64,000 nt of DNA from Laetmonice hystrix. Lineage: Eukaryota. The notes beneath the pieces were generated by a model. It worked only from the letters and a program-made list of their open reading frames with translations, was not told the origin of the DNA and made no database searches. Location: contig OZ249436.1 of assembly GCA_965235115.1 (NCBI GenBank), positions 58,838,001 to 58,902,000 on the forward strand, written 5' to 3'. The translations under genes were made by a program, and so were the position numbers. Positions 26,901-40,999 of the stretch are shown in pieces. Position 1 is the first letter of the stretch. Every line of letters starts with the position of its first letter.

Positions 26901-27989
26901 ACAAGTGACCTTTTGAAATCAACATGGATGCTCTTTGGGGGTTGTGGACACAGGTGCTCTGATGATTTTCAAATATTCTGGTCTTAAATTGGAATCCGAA
27001 TTAGAACTAGAACTTTCTGATCTTGCTAGTCAGAATTAATCAAGTATCGTGGCATGAAAAGCTGCGACCATGCTGTGAAGTCTCCGGTACTTCAGCACTA
27101 ATCAATCAGAAATGTTAGAATCGCGGTCAAATACGATTGGTCGACCAACCCTCGTGTCAAGCGAGTCTCTGTCTGAGAGTGAGATACGACCAACATGCAG
27201 TCAACATGTACAGCAATCCCGCCCAGGAAAATTCACATGACCTTTTCACTACAGTGTTTTGAAGAAAGAACTGTAGCCAGCGGAGAGAGCTCACTTTCGG
27301 TGTAATCTACAAGTGATTACTTGGTACGCAAAACTCTTTGTTGTACGACCTAATTACTATGTTATCCCGTATACAAAGTGCCTTGCACAGACCCATCGCG
27401 TCAACATCACTGCCATGACTGTATTACTGGGGCTGTGTTAATCTACAAGGGAATCGTGACATTATGTCATGACATTTCCTGCTGGCGGTAAAATGTTTTG
27501 TGTTTCACAAGCTCGCTTTGGTAAGAATATTTTCTTCAGGTTTAGCTCGTGACATTTAAATCTTCGCACCTATGAAATTCATTTACATGTATTATAAGCC
27601 TCGTCTTATGAAAATACTTTTCTTTACTTGGAATATCTTACTTATAATGCTTGCTTCCCTCTCAGGGAAGTTTTGTAAATGTCATATGTAACCTTTAAAC
27701 ACTTCAAGAGGGCTTTAATGGATTCAAAGTTGATTAGAAGTTTAGCAGAGAAACTAACACTGCAAAGGCGACGTTCACATAGCGAGTTGTCTATTCACTC
27801 CGACGATATGAATAATAATACGCCTTACAGCATGACATTTTCAGCACTCTCGCAAAACTGTTGATTCGAATTGACTGACCTTCGTAACCAGATACAAGTC
27901 TACCGCCCAGAACTCCATCAGCGAGTAGCTTTTCGCCGATAGTGAACTGCTGCCACTGCGGCTTTAAGCTGTCTTTTAGATGCGTTCAT

Positions 27990-29400
27990 CCTGAACGCCA
28001 TGGAGAGTAGACAAGTACTGTAGAAAGACGCGTGGTTGTCAGGTGGATGAGAGTGTAACCTGTGAGGTTGGTGAGGACAGCGTATCAACCCTGGCCCTGG
28101 CAGAGTACGGCTTGATTGTCCCCACTCCGTGCAGTCTACATCATCAGTTACAGGCGTACAGCCGCCCACAAAGGATAACGTTTGTCTACCAGATTGACGG
28201 GATATCTGGGAAGTTCGACAGCTGCTCTGCCCTCGCAGGCACGAGGGAACTTTGAGGTGTGTAACACCCGGCAGACGAGAAGTGCCCTCATGCAAGTCCC
28301 CTGTCAATTCAATAAGACTCACGGAAAGGCCAGCCCCTTCCTCTTCCTTCTCCTCGTCCTACTCCCGATCCCTCTTCTCTCATACGCCTCTCTCTCCTGT
28401 ATATAATCCCACCTGGCTTCCTAATAATCCCATTTAGCTTCCTAAGCTAAAGACAAGGCCCTCGTATAGAGGTTTGTCGGGAAAGAATCCCTGGCACCAT
28501 ATTGTTGAACACCCTCTCCACCCTCAACCCACCCAAGTTGTCCTAGTAGTAGTAGCAGGTCAGCAAACATTTCAGGTAAAGTCTCATCATTGCCATACCC
28601 GCGGGTTATACAACGAGAACCTTAGATGTTGTTGTAACACCTTTGGACTGGTTATTTTCAGTCCGCGATATTTCAGATGCTTTTAGTGGGAACAGAACAG
28701 GCCAGCTGCTCCCCTTCTCCGTGTTCAATAAATAATGACATCTCCCTAATAGAGGAAAGAGAAGTCCCTCCCCGCTTGTTGCTGACCTACATGCTTGTGG
28801 AAGCAAATCAAATTGTGAAGCTTTCTTTGGCTACTGTAGCATATCAGGGGTGGTTGCGTGTCACAGACTTCCGAACGCTGGTTCACTCTGGCCCAAATAA
28901 CAAATGATACTGCCATTAATATTCAATGTGTTGACTGAAGGCATGTTAGTTAATGAGTTCACAAGTAGATTTCATTTCAGTGCTGAATGTTGCATGCTGG
29001 CGAGAAGGCAGACATAACTTTTGCTTTTCTTCCAGGAGTGCCTACACCTAACGACACATCGTGATCAATGTCAGTGTAGGTTCACCAAGAGTGTATTCCC
29101 CTTGGTTCCCATATCCTTTCTTTACTACATTAATGTACTGTCTTCCAAAGACATGCACGACAGGCGGTTCAGTTTGTGCATGTGAGAAGCTCACTTTAAA
29201 TATTATATGCGTCCTGGCGGACGACAAAGTCGGCTCCAGTGACGACGCCGGTTCCTCTGTCCTCCCGCTAACCCCCACTCCTCGCTACTTACCCCACCTA
29301 CAACATGAAGGGCAAACTCACATATGGACTCGGTGGACAGGGACCGAACCGTCTGATCGTTTCGGCAAACAATCAATGCGCCGCTTTATGGTTGCCTGAT
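27990..29400 (+). mobile_element. Decayed I-group/Nimb-like LINE 5' part (ORF1 remnant plus endonuclease)
   Basis: QAYSRPQRITFVYQ (resembles ORF1 VxPYxPxPxRCxxCQ), then a Ser/Pro-rich stretch, HTRGLYN (WNCRGL), and ORF 29061-29399 with FPYPFF (LPxPF), ICVLADD (LCLLND), GSSVLPLT (SxIDLT), EPSDRF (GSDHF). Confidence 0.45.
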
Positions 29401-31899
29401 AGCATATCAACATATTGCTAATATCTGCACAGTGAAATGTGTCGTCCCCGCGAGCAGTAATAGAACACCCACCGGGCCACCATGTGCAGCCTCTGTTTGC
29501 AACAGGGGAGCTATTGAATCGTGCAGCATTGGTGCAAACAGGCCTAATGCACTTCTGATCAGGTCCCTACTGTTAGGCAAACAAATGTACTAAACAAAAC
29601 CTCATCAGGCGACTTTTGTTAGCATACCGGAGGCAGAGCTGCATGAGACATTACCAAGCGGTCTGTCTGAAAGAAATGAGTCTTTATTAGCTAAGTATCA
29701 TCAAGCATGCTAAGGCATGTGACGATGCACTCATATTATTGGTGTGAAATACCTGTACACACGATGTTTCTATACATGCCCAGCTAACAAACCTGAGTTG
29801 GGCTTATATAGGAGTTAATGGAGTAGACATTTTGTGGTAAGGCAACGCCTAAATCCTAAATCCCCTATCTGAGATACACCATTCACATTACTACTTCTCT
29901 CTCCATATTGTGGCTCAACGTTATGTAAGTAGTGCATGGAAAAGATCATCTGAAGCAGGCGCCGAAGGAAAGCGCACTGTGGGGGTAAACCTTTCCAGCA
30001 AACGCATACCGCTCGTTTTACATAAAATACAATAGTTTACAGCAACCTCTTTACCGTTTATACATTTACATTGCCTTCGTTTCGTGTATGTCGCTGTCAG
30101 AATGGCGCATGATAAATTTATCACGTGGTTAAAGTTTCCATGAGTAATGCAGACAAGATGTACTCGACGACGGACAGGTCGAAACGAAAGGTCACGTTGA
30201 AGAAGAAAAAATCCACATCCACAAAAACTTCTCGAAAACCTAAATACTCTAACCCACCCTTCAACAATCAATGGCAGCAATGGGAGGTCATACATATCTA
30301 AGACTATGGATATCAATTAGGTTACTTGACAGGTCTAGCTTACTTGGAACTCCTATCGGTCCAGTGATACACCCACGGGCCCGGCCATTAATAACACAGG
30401 CCACTTTGATGACATCTCCACTGACAGGGGCAGGTCAAAGGTCAGATGGCTCTGCGACGCTGCTGTAATGTACTTTAAGCGCGTAGCCCGTCTGGGGTAT
30501 GTGAAATGGGCGTTGTTGGAAAAGTTAAGCTGACGTTGCTACTAGGGTTCACAAACTGAGGTCAGCCTTCCTAAGAAACTTCGTCAGTCTGGATGAAATC
30601 CCACTAGAGAGGCTGATAATAGGCTGTCGAGTTTTTCTCGCGTATCTCTCTCAGGGTTGACTCTGGATTAGACACTTAGACTGAGATCAATGTAAAGCAA
30701 GTGTTCCGAGTCACGACAGAGCATCCTAATCATCAGTACACTTCACGCATGAAGTCTTGTTGATCTACAGTCACACCAATTAGGTGTTACCCTGTCTATG
30801 CTTACAAGATGGGCGTAGCCTGATAATTTTTCTACAATTTTTGATAAGCATAAACCTTTCACAACGAAGGTTTTCACCAAACCAAAGAACATCCACTTTA
30901 CTCAAAGAACAGCTAGAACCGACAAGAAAGCACTACAATGTGATGCCATTGTATTTTTTTAAGCGATTCCTTCTGTCATCCTTGTATGTACGGTCACAAT
31001 AACTTTTCCCCACTCCCATACAAATGGATCATGGGAACAAGTTTTTCTCCCCATCGTAAGAAATATTATCAAGTAAAAACTACACATGTTTTTCTTTCTT
31101 TCTTGGATGGCTACCTGTGAGAGTTGTACCTTACGGAGGCAAGCCGTGTCGCTGCATTCATCACATTGTATGAATGAGGTACTGCACATTGTCCTGCTCA
31201 ATAGGTGCCACGTTCTTGACGTGCCGAGGAGTGGCGGACATGTCTTTCAATATTTTATCTGCTGGAGTGATGGTTTGTCGGGAAGATTTTCTCCCGTTTT
31301 TGTGTTTTCCCCGGTACGGATCGGCATGTTCATGTCCAACTTGATGTGACAGTACTTCTTGAATTCATGAGATACAATGTTTTTTTGAAGGAATCGTCAC
31401 ATTCCCAGTCTCGTACAGACATAAATGGCTCATAGTGTGAGATACGAACTGTTTCAGTTACTATGGTTATAAAGGAAAGCGCTCAGTAAATATTTCTTCA
31501 CAATAGCCTTTGATATATATACTCTTTTCTACATATTGCAAATATGTAATCTCGAGCGTGAACAATTCGACAGGTAATTTGGCGAGGGATAAACCAGGAG
31601 CTGCCCTTGATCGTCTGCCCAGTTTATCAAGGTTGCCAGATGTGAAGAACATAAAACACCATCAGCATTGGATGCGTTCCTTGGCTACAGGTTCATTAGT
31701 CCCAAGGTAAGTGTGTGCAGCTGGAGCGCTTAATCTTATCTTCCCATCAGTTAACTCCTGTAAAAGATGCAACCGTCGGAGGAGGTGATCAAGAAAAGCC
31801 GGCGGGACAGGTCGGTCGGCGAGGGAGTAGCAGTCGGCAGTGTTCCTCTCTCTCACTGCCGGGCGGGACTGGGTCAGGTCGAGTCGCAGCCTACAGGCA

Positions 31900-33000
31900 A
31901 ACAGTAAACTCTAACTATACGACGCATTCACCTAGTACATGTCGCCACCTAATGAGATGGAGATCGTACTGCCATCACTCATGTGTGCCATCACCAAATA
32001 TATGCATGTCTCAATCTTTGCTTGGCCCCGGCTGGCCGGACCCGCGGAGGTCGACGGCTCGATGGTAGAGAGGTGTGGCTGAGCTCAGACGTGCTAGGTC
32101 GTAAAGCTCGGATGATGGTGATGATTTCCTCCAGAGATGGATGTCGTAGTGGGTTGAGGGTTGAGAGTTAGGGGTGGGGAGGAATATGACATTGTGGGAG
32201 GCAAGGAGGAGGTGGGTCTGGAGTCTCTCAAGCCGGGTGACAGATATCGGTGTAAATTGGGAACCACGACACACGAAATCCATAAGCCGGTCATAACAAG
32301 ATAGGTTGAAGGTCATCTATTACAGGCTGAAACCACAGTCATCAAGGTGAAGGCCATGTTCAGCGTGTTAACACAGTCTGCTCACACGGTGGTACTCACG
32401 ATGACAAGCAACATGTATACACGGGGCTATAGGCAACATCTCTCTGCCTCAAAAAAACATCATTACACAGTGCATGTGAGAGCTTCCAAGTGTTTGGGAA
32501 ATCCTTGATTTAGACTTTACATACCGTTATTCTGAGGAACTGGGCAAGTTTCCATGTATCATCCTCAGATATAGTACAGCGCGTGTAGCTTTGATGGCTC
32601 TCGTGAAGGAGATGCCGTACCATCATTGTCTGATAAAAAATTTTGAGCGGGGCAAAAAATATTACTTCATATTGTAATCTTCTTCTAGCGTCGCATTGTT
32701 TCCGCTGATATGTTCCGAGTCTTTGATTTGCTTGATGTTTCGCGTTGGTGTATTTTTTGGTACACTGTATCACTGTAGCGATTTTTAATACATTTCGACT
32801 CTGATTCGTCTTGACATGGTGGCAGACTAGCAGATATTATTACGTCTGGAGTATGTACGTTCTATAACCAAATTATAATGCTTCGTCGATGTCATGCAGT
32901 GCACACGGATTACACATCCGTGAGGAGACGGATATGATTCCCTCCTAATAATCACTACCCATTGATGATATCCTGAGAGACACATCACTGTAGATGTCCT
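31900..33000 (-). mobile_element. Decayed LINE RT C-terminal remnant (I/Jockey-like)
   Basis: SPHGCVI (VPQGSVL), KHLEAL (KYLG) and CYDRLMDFVC..RLERLQTHLL (YIRPxMDY..LxxLQ..LR) occur in order on the minus strand. Confidence 0.4.
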
Positions 33001-33454
33001 AAGGCTTATCTACCTTGGATCAGCGAATGGAGTATTGGGAATCCTATGTTCCCCCGCGGCAAACTGGCTGTGATGATGCTTGATCTAGGGACACCTCGAG
33101 GCAAGCGGCGCCGTTGACACAAGCGATCGATGGTGGCAGACATCTTACCCGGCAGCCCACTGGCCCGCCCCATACGGCCAGTCAGTGGTCATCAGAACTC
33201 TGGCCGCTCAAGATGACCACAGTATGTCCACTGACCATCAGCCCGTGCAAACATACTATACTCTCACTCTACTGGCATCTTATCTTACTTTGGTGGGTAT
33301 TTTCACGGAAATAGCCAATTTCATATGATTGCATTTTCTTTGCCTGGACATACCAATAGTTCTTTCCTCCTTATAATGTCGCTCAATTGTAGCTGGCAGT
33401 ACTGATGATAAGAACACACGAATGGCTATAACCGATAATCTCATAAACAAAGCT

Positions 33455-33900
33455 TCAGCAAATATTTTTAAAATAATGAAGAAAAGGAAGTTTCATTACC
33501 TTTTCTGCGGTTTTTCTTATACAACAGTGTCCGTTGGTGATTACAGGCCGAACTGCAGTCAGTTTGTTTGAACTCCGCTGCGCAAATTCTTCCGGTTCAA
33601 CAAGCCTTGGGATCTGAGCAAATGACACTGCATCGAAGGACGCGATCAGCCAGGGAATAACATTACAGATTGTCTGAATGTTAATCTGAACACAGGCATT
33701 GATATGTGACCAATGTAAGTGCTCCGTAGCTTTTTTGGTGGAGGCCATCGCTCACAATGATCAAGTGGTTCAGATGTGACCTGTTGTAGGCATAACAGAA
33801 AAACACCAGCCTTCCCGTAGTAGGGCAGCAACCAAGCATATAAGATGGCATCAAAGAGAATAGATGTTTGTACTTTAACATGACAGGCTTACCGCCTTCC
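33455..33900 (-). mobile_element. Decayed LINE RT C-terminal remnant (CR1/L2-like)
   Basis: ORF 33455-33748 has LHWSHI (LxWxxHI) and LVEPEEFAQRSS (resembles LExVQRRA). Confidence 0.35.
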
Positions 33901-36420
33901 CCTGCAAAAGAACTATAGTTTCCCGTTGAAAGGGGTGATCTACGACTTGGTATGATTCATGGAATTCTTTGATACTTCCCTGCTCTCGCATTAGAAATAT
34001 TGATTTATATTAAGTAAGAGAACATCATTACTGGAGAGATAGATTGCATCAGAGCCTGTGGTGAGAGGTGAGTAGATGGGGTGGGTGCGGCACTGGATGT
34101 GTCATGCCGCTCGGCATGGCGACCAGCGGCCACCACAGAGACGCTGGCCTTTCTGGGACGTCAATACCGGATAACAGACAGGAAGAGTGCAAGCAACACC
34201 ACAGATCGATACCCGGACGGCATCAGGTAACACAACCCGGCCCTAATGTCCGTACGCCCCTATACTGCCGAGCACCGCGCCCCACCTATATATACGCTTC
34301 ACTTTATACAGCACGACCACCCAACTGATCCTTGTGCACGTTGTCGTCAATCTCTTATTCATTTCTTGACCTCGGATATATCTCATTTTTTTAATTATAG
34401 ACCAACGCACCATTTGTACTGAAGTATGAAACAAATGCATGAGGTTGTAGAGGCGGACCGCCTTCTGATGACCATGGCGATGTGCCTTGTTTGAGCACAG
34501 AGTGGAGCTCGACATTTACAATTATAATGCAAGACCCTTGAGGTTACCAGGCTGAAACAGACCCTGTGGTTACAGGGGACCACTTGGAAAGGGTGGGTGT
34601 GGAGGTTGGGGTAGGGGGTAGCTGGATAGTTAGTGTGTCCCAGACAGGTATATGTATGGGCTATGCCCAGCGCCATTGATCGACTCCGTCCTTCTCAACT
34701 ATCCTTGCCCCCCGACGGCTCTGCGGGGATTTGGAGTCAGCGAGCCTGGGAATAAAGTCACCTTGATAGCATCTCTGGGGAGACCAACAACTGTCAATTG
34801 TAGCAGCCACTAACTCAAGCTCGTGAAAAAATCCCACTTGCCACTAAAGTGAATGGGCCAACATTGATGAACTTCTGCCTACTGATCAGGTCATAGATAG
34901 GCTGCTATGAATATATACATACCGAACCTTGCTGAAGTCAATAGTACATTGACCTTTCGAACACAAATCATATAATATCGTAACATTCCAAGTCCATTGT
35001 AAGTATGTGTCTTGGCCCTTTCTTATTTCGTTCTAGTTTTCACATATAAGCACGCCTCCTACCCATGACAAGAGAATCTTCGCGCAATACATTTGCTAGC
35101 ACCGAACGGACGGAACAATATGTTTTTATAACACTAACCAGAACTACATAATAGTAGCCATAATTCTGAAGATTGATTTGTTTGAGACATTTATCTTTTA
35201 TACGTATGGCTGAGTATCTTATTCAGACCTATAGTTTCTGTTCAACATTAGGTGTTTACATGAGTAGCAGTACTCGGCTGGCACACACTCCATGAAAGGT
35301 GAACACGATCATGTCATACATATTGGACGCTTACCAAACGTTATCCGACAGCCTCAATAGGTCACTGGGGATAATAAATTTCACTTCAGTCTAAGGGAGT
35401 CCTTTCTGTCGTAACCATGAGAACCACAGCGATCCATGGATTCTACTAATTACAAACAGTTTTCATTGCACATTGAACTGAATCAACAAAGCAAAGAAAA
35501 GCGACTGCCTGACTCGCTTTGCTGTGCTTCTGATGTCCTTCAAGAAACACGCAGCTGCCTCTATGTGAAGAAACATTCACATGGTGATTCTCAGCAGGGT
35601 AGGACTGACTGAGTCACGGCCGCGTCACGGCCGCGTCACGATCACCTAATGTATGAGGCAGACTGATCAGTTAGAGTTGATGTAAACTTGTTGGCAATGT
35701 TTCCAATAGGTCAACTGAGGCGTTCCGTGAGAGCAGTCGGTCAGTTAACTTCCACTGTCGAGGGTCTCTCTGTTTGCAAACCCCTGGCTCAATGTCCAGC
35801 CCAATCAGCCTCTCTAGGGACCATTGTGCTTAATGAAATGGGACAGGACAGCTCCCGAACCCTGTACCTTGATTGGTCAATCAATAATTGTAGCGAGCCT
35901 GCTTTGCCGGTATACACCCAGGCCATGTCAACATCATGAGACTGCTAACCGCCTTGGCCAAGTTTAGACTCTTCAGACATTAAGCTCATCACAGCCAGCC
36001 GTGGTCCTCCCGCCGTCAGTCTTGTCTGGCGTCCAACATGGCACACCCACACATCTAGAGCCAGCCTCGCCGACTTGATGCTGCTTTATGACACTAATCA
36101 CACCCCCTGTCTGCTAGATTCACATCAATACCAAAACAGGCATGAAAATATCCTTCAACCTTGATTTATGTTACAAATTATGTTTGAAGGATTTCACCCA
36201 AGGAATTCATATAGAGTTCAGAGGGTAGGTTTCACAACTATCGCTAGTCAGTGGTGTTACAATCTTCATTCAAAACACCCTCTCGTTAACGACAGGATAA
36301 TTTAAAGCCAAATGCAACAATCCAGCTACCTTATACCTTCCCATATGCCTTATACAATAAAGAATAACATCAGCAATAAATGCAGGTCAATAGGTTTTAC
36401 ATAAACGAGAATGCCAACCT

Positions 36421-36545
36421 TAAACTACGAGTACCGTACCTCTAGCCGAGAAATGAACTCGGCGCCATTTTACATCACATTATCACATGGGAGATTGATT
36501 CAGCCAATCAAAAACAGTCAGGTCACCCGGAAGTGTGACGTCGCC
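36421..36545. promoter_or_regulatory. Cluster of promoter-type motifs (YY1-like, CCAAT, ETS, CRE-like)
   Basis: GGCGCCATTTT (36461-36471), CAGCCAATCA (36501-36510), CCGGAAGTG (36527-36535) and TGACGTC (36536-36542) lie within about 80 bp. Confidence 0.4.
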
Positions 36546-38199
36546 AGAGCCGCGAGTTTCCACCAGCTGTCAGATCGGGTGAGGATTACAAGGTAGTCAG
36601 AGAGTCTAGACTGAGAGCTGCGAGTAAGATTATCCGTGTCATAGTACTAGGAGACCGATCAGCAGGTCTAACCACACCACTGACTTCGTGCTGATCCTTC
36701 GTGAAGATATGCCTGGGTGTGCTAGCTGAACGGTAGCCCGACGCTTTGACAGTGGCAGTGCACGCCATGTCCCCGGCCGTAGACTGCCGTAGTCTGTCAC
36801 TACTGTCAGACTCCATCCATGACCCAACCAGTGTACATTTCATTCTCTAGTTGACAATTCTCCGTATAAATAATAGCTTTCAGCCACCATTTCATGCGTT
36901 GGAGGGTATTGCGACGAATTTCTGTTCGTTTAAGCGCCCGGTAAGAGATTTTTCAATACGTTGTCGATCGACCAAATTGGCATGTCTGGCCCCGTCCGAC
37001 CACCAGTGCACGCCCGTCGGGAGCACCGTGCTGCCCCGTTGTTGACTTCACCACCTGACTCGGGTGTCGGGGTGAGTGAGGCATGGAGCCTGGGACAGGG
37101 CACGCATGAAGGGGACATGAAGTCATGTAATCGACATGGGCCGAGATAACCATGGTCCGAGTTCACCAGTAACCATTATTGTACATAGTGTCCGTGAAGA
37201 TGGTTGACCAACACAGTGATGGGGGAATGGGGTAGGCTCTAGGGACGCCATTTTTTAAGGTCTCACGGCAGTGAATTTCGGCAAGATGGACGCCGTGAGC
37301 AAACGGGCAACTGTCAGTTTCTATCGGGGATTATTTTTAACACACAGACTTTGTGGGAATTAGATGGTGGCAGGTAAAAGGCACTATACCATGGTTATCC
37401 ATGGGCCCTATTGCTAGTGGCGGTTTCGGATCGCTTTAACGACAAATAATCAAAATGGTTGGGTATTTCTCCATATTTTGTTCACCAAATACCGGTACTC
37501 AATAAGAAACAACAATTGGAGAGAAAATATGTGTGGGGAACACATTTTCTATGTCGTTGACCTTCGCTTTACCGAGTAGAGTACCGACGAACTTTGGCCC
37601 TATCAGCGTCCGGATGACTCCGGAAAATGTCACCTAGCCTCCAAGTGCTGACACAGCCATGGATCCAATCTCTCGCGTTAAAGGTTTGGCTGTGTACTTC
37701 ATAGCTGAACTTTGGTATGTCGTCTAATACCATGATGCAGAAAGCTGGTGAAATATTACAAAAGTTATAGGATATAATAATGTGATTGGCGTAACGTGAT
37801 TTGTATATCATTGATGGTTGTGTGGAAGATAATATCTTGGGAGAGAAGTATCAGTGGCCAGGAAGCAACATGAATTATCGGATATCCTTGAAATATCCTT
37901 TTATATCTAGGTGTGAAATCGTCTGTCATGAGATCGAGAGAAGCCATGTCATCTTACAAGTTACTGACAACATGCGTCGTTCTGGTTCCCGGACGTCAAT
38001 CTCAGGTCATTAGGCGAGGGCAGAAACTTGCCAGATACATGGAACATCTGGACTTCGCCTTGTCTCTGATCACCACCAATGTGTGCGATTGGCACATCTT
38101 CCTGCCTGACCAAGTCACTGGCGCCGGTTACCGCCAGGCCTTTGAAGGGACAGAGGCGAGCACATGGTTGAAGGGCTCCTGCATGGCAACTGACTCCAC

Positions 38200-39100
38200 A
38201 AAATGGACGCGACATCAGCCTTGACTGATCTTCGTCTCTATCCTTCCATCCAACCAACATCACCACGCCGAGGTGCTGCCCACACAATATTATGCCACTC
38301 CACCTCAACCCATGTCCCCATTCCCACAGCTCATTGCGCTTTCAATCAGGCATCTGAGTGGCATACCGTTGTTTGGTCCAGGGGCACATCGATGAGGCCC
38401 GTCAGCAGACTCCCTTTGCTGGAAGCACACACAAATATTCGACTCGCCCCACTCCCTTTACTCTCTGTGGAAAAGCTTCAAAGGCATCTACTTAACAAAA
38501 TCAGGACCAGCATGTTTTTTCTTCTTTCCCAAAAGGAGTCCTGGGATTTCTGCTTGCACAATCCCACACATTTGAAATCAACAGAGAGATGAAATACTTG
38601 GCTCGTATTAAAGTCGAGATTGGACAACACTGAAGCAAAGGAGCTTACAGTGTTCTAAGGGGACTTTTATTTGTATCCGAGTATGTTCGTCGACTGTATC
38701 TAGACATGTATGGATATTTTTATCAACGAGTGTCTGCGTTATACAGACTGAGTAAGGAAGAGAGAACAAAAGGTCTGTGTCACTGCCTGAAGAGCACGCA
38801 TGTATGTCCCAAATCAATGTTTCTATTTTCTCCCACAACGATGGGAGTGGTACCAAGCAACTGAAAAAAGTACCCCAAGCTTTCCTCTTAATTCCTTCAT
38901 GTCATGCATCACCAGCTTTTACCTGTCGTCAGAGTACACCGCTGTACTTAGTGACGTTATATGAGGACTTAGTGCAGCACCTGCACCAGCGATTGTCGGC
39001 GACAAAATGTTTCTGTAGTGCTTGCAATGTTCCCATTCAATCGCTCCACAATGGTGAACCTACATATATCTACGGCCTACCAAACCTGCGTACATTATGA
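38200..39100 (+). mobile_element. Decayed LINE (CR1/L2-like) reverse transcriptase remnant
   Basis: ASEWHTVV..SMRPVSRLP (PxxWKxAxV..YRPISLLP), TTMGVVPS (GVPQGS) and TLYED (LYADD) occur in order. Confidence 0.5.
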
Positions 39101-39824
39101 CCCTCTTCGCAATCTGGAGCATTATGATTCCCCCGGCTATAGAAGAAGCGGCGACTCGGCAGTGTATCATAGTTAGGCCTCGAAATCTACACCTGTCCAT
39201 CAAGAAGCCCATCTAACCGTTCTCCTATATGGCTGCTACTTATTTCTCATTTCAATGGAAAACTCACGAGGGCCATAAATACGCCCGAGGCAATACATCT
39301 ATCTATTTCTATCCAGTATGTATCACTGTACATACCCGGTGTGGTCCATTGCCTTCAGGGCTAGGCTCTTTGAATTACTGCAGCGATCCACGTCAGTATT
39401 TTTTTCTACCGAGTACATCACACTTGGAGGTTTCGTGTTCACGAATGTGACGATATAAAAAAGGCTGTTAGTTTTTTCCCCTCTCCCTCCCACTCTATTT
39501 TTCCCCTATCTCCGCTGTCGTTCCGGGATTGGTATTGACTGACTTGCATGTGGCGTTTCGAATTTCATTACAGTTTGCCAATCAAAAGTATAATGCCATA
39601 CACAAACTTCATGAAGGACCGCGGGCTGTTATTTAATTTGACTTGTGTTATAAGCACGATAAGATCGCATTTCACTGATCAAGAATGCGCCCTTTATATT
39701 ATAGAATTAGAATATCCTATGCTCTAAAGACAAAAACACATTACACTTCATTACGTCAGTACATTGTACAGGAAACATGCAATATTTCCATATTTAACGG
39801 TAAATGTAGCATGATCCCCACCTT

Positions 39825-40730
39825 GTTGTGGCAATGGTAGAAAGTCCACACAGTTTGTGTGTGAGAGCAGAGAAATTCGGGTATGTTTACGGTCGATGTG
39901 GTGGGTGGCATTATCTCCACTGGTTGTGGCAATGGTAGACACACGTAGAGTTTGTGTGTGGTGGGCGGCATAATCTCCACTGGTTGTGGCAATGGTAGAA
40001 AGTCCACACGTACAGTTTGTGTGTGAGAGCAGAGAAATTCGGGTATGTCTACGGTCGATGTGGTGGGCGGCATAATCTCCACTGGTTGTGGCAATGGTAG
40101 AAAGTCCACACGTACAGTTTGTGTGTGGTGGGCGGCATAATCTCCACTGGTTGTGGCAATGGTAGAAAGTCCACACGTACAGTTTGTGTGTGTGAGCAGA
40201 GAAATTCGGGTATGTCTACGGTCGATGTGGTGGGCGGTATAATCTCCACTGGTTGTGGCAATGGTAGAAAGTCCACACAGTTTGGGTGTGAGACGAGAGC
40301 AGAGAACTTCGGGTATGTCTACGGTCGATGTGGTGGGCGGTATAATCTCCACTGGTTGTGGCAATGGTAGAAAGTCCACACAGTTTGTGTGTGAGACGAG
40401 AGCAGAGAACTTCGGGTATGTCTACGGTCGATGTGGTGGGCGGTATAATCTCCACTGGTTGTGGCAATGGTAGAAAGTCCACACAGTTTGTGTGTGAGAC
40501 GAGAGCAGAGAACTTCGGGTATGTCTACAGTCGATGTGGTGGGCGGTATAATCTCCACTGGTTGTGGCAATGGTAGAAAGTCCACACGTACAGTTTGTGT
40601 GTGGTGGGCGGTATAATCTCCACTGGTTGTGGCAATGGTAGAAAGTCCACACGTACAGTTTGTGTGTGGTGGGCGGTATAATCTCCACTGGTTGTGGCAA
40701 TGGTAGACACACGTACAGTTTGTGTGTGGT
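39825..40730. repeat. Compound tandem array of long (98-103 bp) and short (60-65 bp) units, 11 core copies
   Basis: Core GTTGTGGCAATGGTAG starts at 39825, 39923, 39983, 40085, 40150, 40252, 40355, 40458, 40561, 40626 and 40691. Long units carry an extra ..GAGCAGAGAA(A/C)TTCGGGTATGTCTACGGTCGAT.. block. Confidence 0.95.
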
Positions 40731-40999
40731 AAGCAAGGCTGACCTACGATATTTGTGCAGCGGTCAGGTGGCCCTGTCTTCTGTCGTGTCTGACACTGTA
40801 CTCTGACTGCTGTCAGATAGTTAATCACGCTTTTCGTAGTCCTCAACCACCCGACTCTCACTACCCCTACCCATCCACCCTTCCATCGGACGAGGTAGAC
40901 ATATTCACCTTGCCCACGGACCATGAATATTTCAGTTGTCCTAAACATAAATACCATTCTGCTGGGTTTGGATTCGCTGAGTTACCTAATCTCTGGCGG

